From Raillietiella orientalis (taxonomy: Eukaryota): 64,000 nucleotides of DNA. A program made the position numbers and the translations under genes. The stretch spans positions 310,001 through 374,000 of the forward strand of contig JAYWIR010000065.1 in the NCBI GenBank assembly GCA_036172245.1. Direction: 5' to 3'. How positions within the stretch are numbered: position 1 is the first letter of the stretch; each line of letters begins with the position of its first letter. Below, piece by piece: positions 37,661 through 52,247 of this stretch. Under the pieces are notes generated by a model. It was given only the letters and a program-made list of their open reading frames with translations. It searched no databases and had not been told where the DNA came from.

Positions 37661-40060
37661 AATTGTGAGCTGATCAGTAATCAGTACTCCAGCTCAGCAA
37701 TCAGAATCAGGCTGCCGGCCATTAGTCAGCTTTTTGCCGACAACCAGCCACATCAACCACATTCATTTTGCAACTTGAGTGAACTTCAACCCACACCTGT
37801 TTGCAAGTTCGAAGACCGCTTATTTGACTCCATGAACAAATTGAAAAATTCATCCGCAGCGTTTTGTCAAATGCTCATCTCATAGAATTGTCTCGTGCCA
37901 TTTTCCTTCATAGCTTTTTAGTCTTCCTTTTTATTTCACTTTCGCACTCATTTTTGTGTTTTCAGTTGGAAATGGTTATTCCATCATGAAGTCTCATCGT
38001 GTATTATCAATGTTTCTGAATTGGGAATTCTAATGAAGGACTTCATTTTTTTTCCGTAGTCTACCCTGAGATAGTGCAACCTGTGCCCCGAGGCTATGTG
38101 TTCGGTAGGGAAAATCATAGGAGTTTCAAAACGAAGTGCCCTTGTAAAGCACAATTTTCTGCTTTCTTCCTTTCAGACTTTTCGAATGGGAAACCTGAAA
38201 CAAAAAGAGTTTGAAATACACGCAAAGAACGCGTTTTTTTAACGCTGATGCAACTTCTTACACAGCATTTTTGCGGGAGTTTGCAAATTACCCTTTGAGT
38301 CTTAAGTTACGTGAAATGTAAACATCGGACCACAGGCCACGCGTGGCTATTTTCTCGAACTTTGAAAACTCATTCACATCACAGTGACCAGAAAAAAACT
38401 GAATTTCACCAAACTAAGAGAGATGGGCCTCTCAGCGAAAGAAATGACTGTTTCCAGTGAGTTTGCCCCTATACGATTCAGTTTTTCCCTTCCTTGAAGA
38501 TAATGAAGACTTCTCAAGCATTCAGAAAGATCATGGTCCGAAAGAGGGATCTTGGCAAGTCTTTTAGTGCTCATCCCAAAGTTTCTGTTTCTACTCTAGT
38601 TCATTCTGGCAACAGAGTGTTGAGGTCACCTCAGGGTCAACCATTGTAATGTAAGTGGCCAAAAGACCACTTACATTTGCATCGGTTCTTTCATCAGACT
38701 TCCGCCGATGAATACCAACCATGCTTTTGAATCCTTTTATTCACCTGAATCCTCTTATTACTTTCCTCATAGCACGCTGAATTACACAAGCACGAGATGG
38801 ATTTTTTTGTCTCTAATCTCAAGGCGGTTGACGTATCGATAGCAGCAAGCTAATGGAAACTTGGAAAGATTCTGATGAAAAAAGATGACACGCTCAGTAA
38901 TCACCTTTTTATTTGCTTGTTCTCAGAACATTTCTGTAATACTTCCACACCTTTAGGTTCCATGGGATTTCGTATTCGGAAGCAACGTGTATCTTTCTGT
39001 AGTGCGATTTCTCCATCTTCATTCGGTATCAACTACTGCGGAGTCCGACCCTATTCAGTTTTGCATTTGAAAATGGGAAGAAAGGTAACATATTTTTTTT
39101 TTTTTTCTTAAAGAGTCCCAGGGTAACTTATATAAAAAAGTTCTGCTCATAGATAGCCACCGCTAACCAGAATGGCAGATTCAAGGATTCGGACTGAAGA
39201 TACCCTTTTGCTTCGTCAGAAGAACCATCGCCTGCAGCTAACTCTTTGCTGTGATCTGATTCAGTCACTGCTGCTGGAATCACTGAAAATTTCGAACTCG
39301 GAAGTAGCTGTTTTTGAGGTTTCGGACAGACATAGGAAAAGGATTATTCATTGCAGATCTGAATCGGAAGGTAGGCGACGATGGGGAGGCAAGTAGATTC
39401 GAATCTTGTAGCGATCCCGAAATGCCTTTTCCCAGAGAATGGCACATTCAAGGCCTCGCATCTTCAAAGAGCTCAAAAAATTTGAGAAAAAAATCGCAGT
39501 GGCGAATATTCGAAATCAGAATGTGGGATGACACTTATGAAAAACATCACAATGAGACCAACCTGAAATTACAAAGGCCTCGAACTTCATAATTGCAATT
39601 TCTTCTCAATCCTGATATTTCGTAATATGACGCATTGGAGAGAATAATTCGAAAAGGAGACCAAACGTGAGCGATCTCATCCTGAGTTTACTTTGAGATC
39701 GGCCAAGATAATGAGAACTGTTTCAGATCATCCATAAGCATTTATTAAGCTTAGAAACGTTAGCTCATCATAATCACGATTTTCAGTTTTTTTTGTATAT
39801 CGGGATGCCATTGAATACCTGAAGAGAAACTTGGAAACAGGAAGACGCTTCATCTGAACTAGAAGTACATGCAAATATCTTGAGCATAGTAGCCAATAGG
39901 AAGTTTATGCTTGAGGTCAGGTGAACTCCGGACTGTTTCTAGTCTGCTAGCTGTTGACTAGTCATCAAAGGAGCTAAGCAACCGATCTTAGTTCAGGATT
40001 GTTCATGAAAGGCATGTACGAGGCTGGGAAAGCACCAAGAAAGATCCCCATTCCTAAAAT

Positions 40061-41338
40061 TTATCACCCGGTCGCGCCGGGGCGTTTATTTTCATAAACC
40101 AGTAGGGGACAATGTCCCCAACCAACACAACGACAGAGAACAAAGGGAAGTTACTGGCACGCAGGCCGGGTAAACAAACCGCTCGCAACATGGAAGGAAT
40201 AAGGGGATAACAAAAAAACAAAAACGGGAGGGAAGGGTAATGGGTCTTTGGTGAGGCTCCGTACTCACGGGGATTAAGACAAGGAGCACCTGGAAGGTTC
40301 CGGAGCCTATGGGGACGCAAGTGCAAGCAAAGAGAAACAAATTCATGGAGGGTGGGGCAAGGATTACCGGGTTGGCCGCTACGGAGCGTGTGTAAACCGC
40401 CGTTGGATGTCGGTGAGATCCCTTCTTGATCCTCTGTCAAATGAGGCCATCTGGCGACCGCTTCGATGTACGGAGCTGCTTTGCCGATTACCTCTTCGTG
40501 CTGCCCGTTGATTACCAGCGCCTGAAGGGCTGAAACTATAGCGCGTATGCAACCGATGGTTGCAATCCTTGCGCTTGTAGACAGCCCGCTCGGCGCGGAG
40601 AATCGTTGCAGCAGGTCTCTTGCGGTATCCTCGGGGTGCGAGAGTGCTGTTCCCAGCCTCCGCCAGGGTCCTTGTAGGACATCGCAGCCCAGAAGTAGGT
40701 GCGGGATCGACTCCGTCGCCCCGCACCGAACGCAGTTCGCAGACTCAAGTCCCCCGGAAACACGATGCCATCGCTCGTTACACTGAAAACCCCAGTGAAC
40801 TAAGAGCAGCACGGCTTGTTTCCAAGCAAGGGGGAGCAGCTAACTGTCAACAAATTGGGGAGGGACTAGAAGTTCTTCTCTCCACCGAAGGAGTCCCTTC
40901 GCAGTAGCACGAGGAGTGGCGGCGTCCGCCAACTCGCTCGTCTTCCAGGCGCCCAAGAGTTTTGTTCTTCCTGCTATCATGCAGGAAACCTCCCACCTCG
41001 CCGGTTGGCAACTGTCATGACTTGCCCTGAGGGCAGACAGCGCTGCAGCGAGAGGTGTGGCGGCCAGGGTGGAAAACTTCAACTCGTCCTGCAGTACCTC
41101 TTCCAAAGGTCGCGGAAGAAGATGGCGCAGGGGGCGAAGATCTTCAGAGAGCATTCCTTGGAACGCAGCCCAAGATTCAACAGACTCCTGCCGACAAGCG
41201 TCGAAGTTCATTGGACGGCAGGAGATCCACGAGTGGGCTTCCAGAAGTGAGGCCAACTGCCGCAATGGAAAGCCGAAACCTCGCTTCCTGTATTGGGTGC
41301 CAGGCAACAGCGAGAGCAGTCCTCCGCTGCCGGCGCAT
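40061..41338 (-). mobile_element. 5'-truncated L1/Tx1-like non-LTR retrotransposon, family 1
   Basis: 13 bp TSD CCATTCCTAAAAT (40048-40060 and 41339-41351). Encodes LVHWGFQCNER...CVRCGATESIPHLLLGC (zf-RVT-like CCHC motif). The 3' end is AATAAACGCCCCGGCGCGACCGGGTGATAA. Confidence 0.9.
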
Positions 41339-42899
41339 CCATTCCTAAAATGAGAAGCACTGATGTGTGCCATTCCAATGAGCACTAATTCTCGTTAGAT
41401 TACTCGCTTGTACACTTCCTATTCCATCACAACTTTCAGTAATATCAGCTCTTCACAGCAGATATGCCCAGCATGCAAGGGAACCATTAGATAATGAGAA
41501 TTTTCTCCTTTGATTCATCATCAGGGATGAGGTATAAAATGTCAGCTCTCATTTGAATTTAATCCCGACTTGGAATATGCCATTTCTAGGGACGTAAGAA
41601 ATTTTTCAAGAGAGTTTGTTTACTATTCAGTGGAAAGCAATTAATGCAAGTGCTCCTTAAAATTTGAAGGCTGTTTGCATCCTTATTTCGAGAAGATTCT
41701 TCACCACAAGCCAACGTTCTACAAGAATGAACATTCCTGGATAGACGTTTAGAACTATATCTTTCGTAGTCACCCTTTGGATGTGGCTTTTCAGTGGCAC
41801 ACTGAGCAGAATTTATCGGAGGTCATTTTGAAATTGAAGTTTCCTCAAGGCAATGAAATGCAAGGGATCCACGTTTTTAATAAATGTTCTTTAAGAAAGA
41901 CGTCTAAAAAATTATCACCATATCGAGAAACCACTCTAATTGAACAGAAAGTACTTTATGAAGAAGAAAGAAAGCAATACTCTTAAAATTTGTGACAAGC
42001 ACAACAGCCCAGTTGGTTTTTGAAGTAGACATTCTATGCTCAATGGAACGGATTCCATCACAGAAGTCATAAATAGTGGTTAGGAGTTCTTGAGAACTTG
42101 GGGGAAACTGATGTTCATTCCAATACAGAGCATTTCGAAGGACACGAGCAGAATCTGAGATGCACAGAAACTGATCTGGAAATCTCATAATCAACAATCT
42201 TTGAAATCATGGCGTTTAGAATCGGATCTTTCGTTCTTTAAAAGCCATCGTGCGTCATTTACAAGCACGGTCTTCTTTCCTTACTACGTGTTGTGGATCA
42301 GCATGTGGGATTTAGAAATAGATCTACAGTAGCAGCACATTTCAACATAGTAGAATCTTCCTACTGTCGCCCAATAAACAAGCGTAGATAGAAACTTTTG
42401 CTCAGCTTCCAAAAGGATTTTGATGTTGGACCCGAGCCACCAGTGGAGCCTACAGATTGCACTCTCATTCAATCAGATTATAAGTCATGCAGTAAACATT
42501 TGATGGTTTTTCCGACGAATTGGGCTTTGAAATATGAAAATTTTTCCGGCTGACGTTGAATATTTGAAAGCTTTACATACGCTGAATAAGGGAACGGAAT
42601 CGTAATTCCCTGCTTTAACAGTTCGGCACTCATTTTGGAATGAAATGCAAGAAGGTTCTCCGGGAAAGTCATTGTTTGACATGAACATGTGAAATCTGGC
42701 AATCCCGTCAAATCTTGGTCTTGTTCCTAGTCCTGCTCTTCAACCAGGTAGTCATCCCTCAATAAACCAGTGCATGAAATCCTTAGTTCTTATCACCTTG
42801 GTTCAAATGAAGAACTTTCCCAAAAGTCAGAAACTTCAGTTCAAGTTCAGAGAGGATGAAATTTTCAAAAGAGGAGAAAACGGGAACAAAACTTTCCGA

Positions 42900-43542
42900 T
42901 TTCCAACCGGGTGCGCCGAGGCGTTTATTTTCATAAACTTAGAAAACTGTGGTTGGACAGGTGATCCAACCACGCCCAATTTCAAAGCGACTTACCGGGT
43001 CGCCGGCACGCAGACCAGAGCGGTCCACCACGGCAGCAGAGGGGAGGAGAAAAAAAAAAAGAAAACAAAACAAAACAAAAAGCAAAAATAAATACAGTTT
43101 GGGGGTACGGGAAGGGATCACTGTCTGCTTGTGGCAGTCCGGTCCTTCCTCTCCAGGATGTCGGCAAGGTCTAACTGCAGTTTACATTCAGGTGGGGTCA
43201 TCTCGTCGCCATCCTAATGAATCGGATAGCGAAGTGGATGGCATCCCTATCGCTGGGTCCTCCCGTTGCTTTTGCTCCAGGCTGCGACGATCCCTCGTAG
43301 GCAGCACAAGGCTGCAAGGTAGACCGCTGGCCGAAGGGCGTCGCAAACGAAGAGGGGTTTGAAAGCGTCCCTGGAGTTGCCTGCGGGGGTTCCCAGGGCC
43401 GCGGCAAAGCGTTCTCAGAGGGACCGGAGGGCAACACAGTCCACTAACAGGTGGGGGAGGGATTCTCGTTCCCCACACCTAACACAATTGGGGTCGACAC
43501 ATTGGCTTGTGGTCGACCCCGCATCCAGTGGTGACGGCGGGC
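42900..43542 (-). mobile_element. Short 5'-truncated L1/Tx1-like element, family 1
   Basis: 15 bp TSD AACAAAACTTTCCGA (42885-42899 and 43543-43557). The CCHC region (CVRCGERESLPHLLVDC) and 3' UTR are homologous to the 40061-41338 and 59522-60862 copies. The 3' end is AATAAACGCCTCGGCGCACCCGGTTGG. Confidence 0.9.
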
Positions 43543-46500
43543 AACAAAACTTTCCGAAAACCTCTTTTTCCTGCTGAGCTTGAAGTGACTGATGGTGGTT
43601 GAATTTCGAATCAAAAGTGAGACTCTAAGCTTTCGACAGTTGATCGACGAGGAAGACTTGGCTACGTCCACTGAAAGAAACCGTCGTTGCATTGGTGGTC
43701 AAATTGTGCAAGCAAACACTATGTTTGAATGGACAGGAAATGGAAACACATGCTTCCGCCTTATCTGGCTGAATCACATGGGCACCTGTTGGAGCTCATT
43801 ATGCGTTTTTGGGAGGAAAATGATTGCTACCACAGTTGTTACAACCAGAGTTTCCTCACCACGAAATTTTCCTTGTGAAGACGATCTGGAAAGAAGATGA
43901 GGAAGTCACTTGTTAATCCACAAAATTTGAAAGATCTCTAAGGAGTGTGATTCTCTACAAGTTTTGCAAATTGCGAACCATGAGTCTTTTTCCGTGAGTT
44001 GGGATGAACTCCCAGAGGCTGATTCCTTCATATGCGTTTATTCGAACCACATCTCGAAATCTACACTCTTTTTAAACCATTCTCATTTACGCCTTGCCAA
44101 AAAAAAAAAGAAATTGAATCTCGTTCTTCGCCTCTGGGCTTTTGATGGTTTTCATGGGTGGAAGTTTAGGACGTAATTATATTCATCCCACTGATCGCCT
44201 CCAATCCCCTTCCCGTCATGCAAATGAGCGCATAAATGATCGGTCACGCATCCCCACTGAACACCTCATGTTCGGAATGGGGAACTTGATTTCTCTTGTT
44301 CGGCAGCACAAAGCCTGCTTTATTCACCCCACATATCTACGAGGGTCTGCAATGCAGCTGTGGCTTCCCTTTCCTCCTTGCTTCCTGGAACACTTTTGCA
44401 TACGTATGGCAATCAGTCACGGATTGCTCGGTCAGGTCAACAAGCATTGGGTATGGACACATTCCCTGCCTGTCGACTAGTTCGACTCTGGCCTTGGTTT
44501 TTTTTAACACAACTGGAATTGAAAATGCTGGCGGTCGCACGGATTTCATCCTTCAAGCTGCTTCCGCTGTTACAAAAGAAAAAAAAAGGCCCTGCATGCA
44601 TTTTGTCATTTATCTCGAGAGGCAGAAATGTTTTCGAAATGTGCAGAAAGAAATTGCAAAAGAAAAGAAGAAAAAAGAGCAAACAGCAATGTAAGAGATT
44701 TTGAATCAGAGATCGCAATTTCTTCAGAAAGGTTACCTGCTAACCTAAAACCACCAAAAACACCATTTTCTAGAAAAAGGAAATCGCCCTTTCATGAATA
44801 AGTAACCTCGCTAAGACTCCAAACACTCCGCTTGGATGTTCTTCTCATGGACGCTCATGCTCATGCCTCAGTTGCAGTCTTTGAAATTACCTTGCAATTT
44901 ATTAACAAGATGGTTAATCTATTATCACATTAGTTTGAAATGGATTAAAGCGTTCAATTTGTCAGCGTACGCTCAACTCACGAAGAGGAGGCGGCGACAG
45001 ATGGGCAACGGCAATAGCAGAGGAACGTTTCATCTAAGTTTCATGAATTCCATGCCGCTCAGAAAAGTGTTGGTGTCCAAACTGATTGATCTGCACCTCC
45101 GTCCCAGTTGATCCATCGATGGACAAGGGAACCTGATTCCTCGTTTCGCCATATTTTCATCCTTTTCGATGGCAAGGTTTAGGAACTTCTTCGACTCTTG
45201 CGCACGCCAACATCCGTTACTGAAGACTTGGGGGCCTTCCGACACGAAAGACGCTCCGTTAAACCACGAAACTAGGAACGGAAAAGGGGCATTTGCCCCG
45301 TCTGCCCAGCTGCCCAAAGTAATGGTTTCAGTGATTTCGTTATTTGCGGAGGTAAATTTGAATTTCGATTTTTGCTGTGACTGATTTCCTGGCAAGGAAA
45401 TGTGTTTCACGGTGATTGATAAAGAAAATACTTCCCCATTGGTTTACAAGTGATTACTTAATGATTAGTTATGCTTTAATTTTTTTTTTTTTTTTTTTTT
45501 ATCCCCAAAAGTACAATATTGTGCTCCTCTTAGCTGGATTCAAGAGCGCTCTGACATTTCCAATACTCCCTGGAAGTAAATTCAATACCCTCTAATCCTT
45601 CATTACTAATTTACAGTGTCCTTTCGGTTCGTTTTTCATTGCTGCTGAAATTCTTAAGGAGAAGCTGTTGGCCAGATAGTTTTGGGTCAGCAATTAAATC
45701 CAAAGTGCAAAGTTTCAGTATACTACTACTTCAAAGGGTTATCGTCTCTTACATCCAACACATATGAATGTGAATTTCATGTAACCTCCTTAATGTATTA
45801 CAGACAAACATATTCGAAAGATATTTCAAGTATAGCATGCCTTTGTAATACAGTGTTCTTAAATAACACATATTTAAGAATATTTCATTTGCTTTATTCG
45901 CTAACAAGAACTTCTGTTTGAAATTCCTTTTTCATAATTGAAACAGATCTTAAAAGAAAAAGAATCGAGACTTTCAAAGGCTGTAGAGGTTCCTTAGCCA
46001 TTTCCGTGCCTTCACAACTCAGTTCAAAGATTCATATAAAGTAAAGAGAAATAACTACATCTTGAGAGGTGCCACTTAATGGCAGTGAACTTTTGGGAAA
46101 TCAGATGCGGGGATTTTTATGCAGTGATTTACCACCCGGAAGATTACTCGTGCGATCTGTGTGGGGAGCGAACCCCTTCCATACAATAAACTGGAGGTCC
46201 CATTTGTTTGCATAACAAAATGGAATAACTCCCATCATGATACAAGCACTGTAACCACAGCAACTGATCGACATAGACCAACACCTCGCTCGCTTTGCTT
46301 TTATGTTTTCCTTGCTGGTCATTCTCTTGTTGTGCACGTAACGACCCCGTGCCCAGCGAATTCGGCCCTTCACGTGAAGAGGAACTGAATTCATGTTCGC
46401 AGTAGATGGAGTGTGACGACGTCAATCAGGTACTGATGAATGATCCTATATTTCGGCAAAAGGGCAAAAGAACAGGAGGCTGTACGTTTTTGAGTATCTC

Positions 46501-49500
46501 CAAATAAGCTGCTGGAAAGCTGCAAAAAAAAACCTTTTGAAAATACTTCTCGATTTCTCGCCTCCATTTTGAAATATTCAGTATTCCCTCTCGATTGGCC
46601 TCATCCTTAATTCTCTAGGTCTTTTCTGGTTTAAAAGCTTACGCATGCTGCATAAAGATTAGCAGGTACTTTCACTTCTGCTGCTGTTTCCTTCGAAATA
46701 GGGTCTCCGTGCACCACCAACACATCTTTTTCAACAGATCTGATCTGAAAGGGCTGAATGAGTGCTTTTGGAGTGCTTTCCCTTTGCCGATGTGTTCGAA
46801 GCTTGAATGCCAGGTAGTCTTCGTTACAACTGCCGAGAGTATTCATAGGGAACACTTCACGGAGAAAGCGAACATGGCTCTTGTGACCAGCCAGCAGGGT
46901 CCTCCGAAGCATGGAGCAGCAGGCGATGGTGCAGCATTGTCCAAGAGAAACTTGATACCTGGTGCCTCCAGCCTGCAAGAATCAAAAACACTCGAAAGCC
47001 GAAGCTGGAAGGCGTTTTCTAGCGAGCAGAATCCAATCAAAGACACCAGCACTTTCTTTGGGTTCGGTGGCTGCGTATAGGCTTCTTCTCACTTCTCTTC
47101 CGTGTTTTCTTTTGCGAGCCGTACTGGGAAAGTTAAGCCGTCATGCCCATTAAAAATGAAACTCTGAATACTGTAATTTTTCAAGAGACTGGCACAATTC
47201 TTTGTACGATTGTGCCGTCCTTGTCTCTTGTTCGTTCCTTTTTTTTTTTCTTTCCAAAATTTCATCAAAAACTTTTTTTTGCTAAGACGACTCATCTGTC
47301 AAAATATTCCAACAGCATTGGAACAGTTTTGCTGCAATCTCTGGCACATCAGGCAAAGGCGACGGTACGCCTGAGGTAGAAGAACAAGCCTCTTCACCAT
47401 CCTTCTTTTACCGGAAAAGATGCACACTGATGTAACGAGTTCTGCCAACGCTAGTGAGGCGACTGCTACATCACCCGTTGCATGCGAACCGTTGCACGTC
47501 TCGCCAGCAATCTATCATATCTGAGACTGAACTCAAGGGTTAATGAGCGTTTGCACTAATACGGAAGGTCATGCTGTCCATCCTGATAAAAGGAAACCTG
47601 TCAAATCCTCCCAGGAGATGTGGAAGTGGTTCAGTCCGTCCTCTCAGAAATAAGTTCCATGTTCTCTGGAAAGGTCCGTGCCGAGACCTGAGCGCAGGCC
47701 GCATTGTGATTACACATTTGTCTTATCCATTTTCTACCACAGAGTTCTTCCAGAGAACTCGGGGTTAAAAAATTCATCAACTAAATAAGAGCGTGGAAAA
47801 CGCTGCAAGGAAGTGGAAAATAGATCCGTGGCCAAAAATGGGATGCTCAACATGCTTTCATGGGAACAGAGTAATCTCTTTACCTAGATTTTACATGGGT
47901 TTATGTACACTGGATTTTATACATGCATATTAGTTTTTTTTTTTCCGAATTTGGATGATTTTATCTTCAGTCTTGCATTTGGTTTTCATTAAATCCTCCT
48001 TGCACACCCGTTTCAGGGTTGTAAGCTGGTTCCGCTGCATAAAGGGAATCGCATCCAAGGGAACGTTATGGACCCATTCTAATCTCAGATTTCACATCCC
48101 ATACCGTCTCCTACATAAATTTGGAAGCTCCAGATCTCCAAGGAATAGACTGTTGAAAGGAAGCTTAAAGGACAACTCGCACATCGAGAGTAGAATTCAC
48201 AAGAAAACGCTTCTCAGTTTAATTTTCGTTTGCTTTACCTTTCCCTCTGTCTGTTCCAATAGAAAAGTTGTATCAGCAATGTTTCCGTTTCTTTTTGTTC
48301 GTTCTTTGGCCATTGTCCAGACATAATTTTGGATTTCTCCACATCCTCTATCTTTCTTGAAAAACTCGTTCCAAGACGCTTCCAGCGATAGTAGCATCGA
48401 CCATCTTGTACTTTGTTATTGGTCAGTTGATCAAATGAATCTATTTTCTCCTAACATCGTGACTTGAGGATCATTCGAGAATAGAGGACTTCGCTTATTC
48501 ATTCAAAATGCTGGTAACATACTCTCTCTTGTTTGTTTACGGTAAAATTCCATTTGATTCCTTGTGGTTGCTCAATTCTTCTTCAGCAGTCCCCCAGAAG
48601 TTAGAGAAGAGGAAGCCTGGAATATAAAGGATGTAGACTAGTCGAGATGCTTGGTATCTCTACTTTCAAGTGCAATAACTCTGAAGGGGGATCTGATGGG
48701 TCCATGGAGAGAAAATACGAAGGAGTAGCACTCTCAGGGTGAAGGATGGATCTGTAAAAATGATGCACCCAAACGAAAATCCTTTAATAATCCCAATGGT
48801 TGTGAATGCAATGGTATCCTCACGAACTTCTAAACTGTAAAGGTCAGATAGTAGACACAGCCACACTTATTCCCATCGCAACACCACTGATCAATGCAGA
48901 TGAAAGATGATCCAGGAAGGATCGGCAATGTTTAACCATGTACCGAGAAATGAACGAATACGGAAGTTAAAATCAGTTAATGCAGCCGCACGCCGCTACA
49001 TGTGTAGAAAAAATCCTACCAACTGATGTATGCAGGGCAGACCTTGGGCATTTTCCCGAACATGGCTAATCTTTTTACACAAGAATCGCTTGTTAACAAG
49101 ACTTTTAACTGTTCATTTGATGTATTTTTCCATGGAAACAAAAAAAAGTTATAATCTTACTTAGTGGCCGTTGAAACGCAGCACTTTTACAAAGCAATCT
49201 CTGATATCCTAAGGGAAACATATAAACGGGAATACTTTGATGCTTATCTTAAGCAAGCACACCAGCTGCTGTTTCGTATTTTCATCCTTGTTTTCAGACA
49301 AGTCTTGCAGCTTTGCAGAACTGGCGACTACGAAGCAGAGGTTGAAGCTCCAGAGTGCTTGTGTTCCGAGGAAGCTCGAGGTTTGACAAACCCTGAAGAG
49401 TTTGATCTACGTACCGTAAGGAAGAAATCTCATCCCAAGATCTTAGAGCGGCATCGAGACGTTCGGATAGCAGCTGCACCGAGAAGAAACTAAGAAAATG

Positions 49501-52247
49501 AGAAAATGTGTGCACCACAGGTGAGAAGTGCAGGGGTACAGGGGTACCACAGTTCCACTTCTTACCACAGTAAGAGGTTGTTCCAAGAAAACTTGGCGTG
49601 CACAGTGGCTCGTATTCAGAACAGTCTCGAGTCCCCGCGGAGAGCAGAGCTAACAGAAAAAAAAAAAAAAAATGAAAAGGAGAATAAAAGCGACTACTTC
49701 AACCCAAGTAGTCAGTTATCACTAGCTAGCCTTAATAAGATGTTCCAGATTGGAATAGTTCACGACTTCTTTGCTCTTTATAGGAAACCTTATCGAAAAC
49801 GACCATGTGTTTGCTTGCTCTTCAAGAGGGAATCTTCTTTTTCTCGGGATTCGTACTGCCTTCTATCCGATTTTCGAAACTGACTTTTTGCTCTCCTCGC
49901 AAATTTCATTTTTTTTTGGCATTCTTCGCATTACAGATCTCGTAGGAGAAGGGCGTCTTTCCAATGGGATCCGCCAACTCGCGATTTCGCCATGGCCCGT
50001 TCAATCGAGCATGGATTCATCATCCACTCATCAATTTTAGTAAATTCTTAGCCATCGTGCTTCACCCTCTGCTGAGAGTAACCTTTACCTGAAGATTGTG
50101 AACCGGGATTTCCGTTTCATCTTTCTGAACGCTCGACGTCAGGAAGGCATTCTTCCCTCCGATGCGTTCACTAATGGAACACAGAATGCACTGGAAGAAG
50201 TTTCCTACACTTTAGTATTCATCGATCTTTTGCACAGTAAAAGTACTTTTGTTTAGTTCAAGGGTTTTCCCTGATTGCACTCCAAGCACTTCCCTTGTCT
50301 CTTTCGTTCCTATTTTTTCCCTGGATTTCTGTTTCTTTCTTCTGAGTTTGTTTCATTTTCGAAGTTCGTTGCTTCTGGCACTCGAGGAATTTTCTTGTGA
50401 TTGTTCTTAAGAGTTCCCGTCTCCTCCGAATCGTAAATACGTCCCTTTTGTCGAGTGCTTTGGGCAGGCTGTTTTCATCAGCAGGCAATGAGATCTCTTC
50501 GAAACTTTTGTTAGTGATTGTGCATGCATTACGAACTCTTTCAAGGAGGAATTAGTGGCGCGGAATTAGTGAATCAGCATCCCCAAAGCCATCATGAGGA
50601 AACAGGTTTTCAGCATCACTCCCTTGGATACTTTCTTCTGTAAGCACTCTTGGTTTTAAGCCTCTTCGCACTTCTGGCCTATAACTTCGTGTCCATCGGC
50701 TTGCCAGGAGGAAAAAAAGATTATTGGCTGAGGAGGAACACCGCTATTGCACCCATATCGAGTCAGCATGCATATGTGCCTTGAAGGATCGTTGATAACC
50801 AAAGGTTCGCTGGTCCACTTGCAGCATCCGCGCGGTCTTTCTCCGGAAACCGCTCAATCCGCCTTTCCTGCGTTTTCAACGCGCCAGTAACTCACGATGG
50901 ATCGCTTACGATTTCCGCAGAGCTCCTTCCTTTTAAAAGCAGCATTCCTTCAGAAAACAGAAAAGCCACCGAAGTTATGGTTTATGGGAATCAAGCAAAT
51001 CGCCTGTGGTTGCCAAAGCGCTCAGATACAGCTGCTTTTGTGGTAGGTTTCGTTTGAAAACCAGTGCTCAAGAGAGCTTTCCCCGCCATGAAAAAATTCT
51101 TCTCCGGTAAATGTAGCGTGTTCTGCCGACCCTGAAGAAGTCAGCTAGATGGATTCTTGGAAAGAGTTCGTGATATACCGAGGGATCTCATGTGCATCGG
51201 ATATGAAGCGACTTTGTCCTTGGATTCATGGAATCCAAAAGTGAATGCTGAGAATTGGTGGATGGCTGGGGAACACCTCGTGTTAGCACGCGAAAACCTC
51301 TCTGGAAACGTTTGCTCTCCTACCGAAAAACATCGAATGAACTTCTGAGAACATCTGAGAACGGGGTCTTTCAAAATCTATGATCAGCCAGATAGACCGA
51401 AGGAAATTTTTCCGGCCCAACCAACATGCTTATATTCTCAGTGGTTCTCAACAGGAATGTCTGCCCCACACTAAGGAAAGACAGCTATCGAACATGTGAG
51501 TGTATTGTCCTCTAAACGAGCATTAAGCAATGTTTCAACTTGCAAAGCTGGTAGTGGATTTGCAAACGCTTTTTGTTGCTCGAGCTGGCAGGCAACGAAG
51601 CTGGCATCCACGTGAAAGAGAAGGAAAAAGATGAAATGTCAAAAGAGTTGGCTACTTTTTGATGCTTGCTTAGAGGCTAGCGTTCAGCTTGATGCCATTT
51701 TAATGCCCGAACGAGAATTGAAGGAAGCACTTCACCTGTGCAGGCTTCTCGATCCTTCTCGATCTCCTACAAACCACTGATGCGTATGCATAAAACAGCG
51801 TGTTTGTTCGTGGCTGAAGAGGTGAGAATTCTGGGATAACGAAGGGTCCTTAAAAGAAGCTGAGATGGAACCGGACTCATCAAAACGAAAACTTGGTTTT
51901 TGGAATTCTAATGCTCATGGACTAGACCTTCGAAGCTTCTGAGAGGCTAGCGCTTCCTGGCATATGCTTAACCTATTACTAGCATTTCCTGTGATTTCCA
52001 AGGTTAACGAGCCTATTGGGTGTCATTAGGATGTTTCTTTGTGTGCACGAAAACTTAAACTCGCTCCTTTCGCTTCTCGGAACTTCTTGGAACTAATAAC
52101 CTCACGCTCTGGCAAAACCGATAGGTTCCCAAGCCAAGGTATGCCGTTACTTCTTTCTAAAGATGAAAGCTATTTCTTCTTCAGTTACGCAGTACATGAA
52201 GAATGTGAAAGAAAGAATACACCATCAATGAGAATCTCAAAAAAATC

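Noticed and set aside
49298..49415. Exon-shaped segment (TTTTCAG ... ACC|GTAAGG)
   Set aside because: Its open frame needs a phase-2 acceptor, the peptide is unrecognisable, and no partner exon was found.
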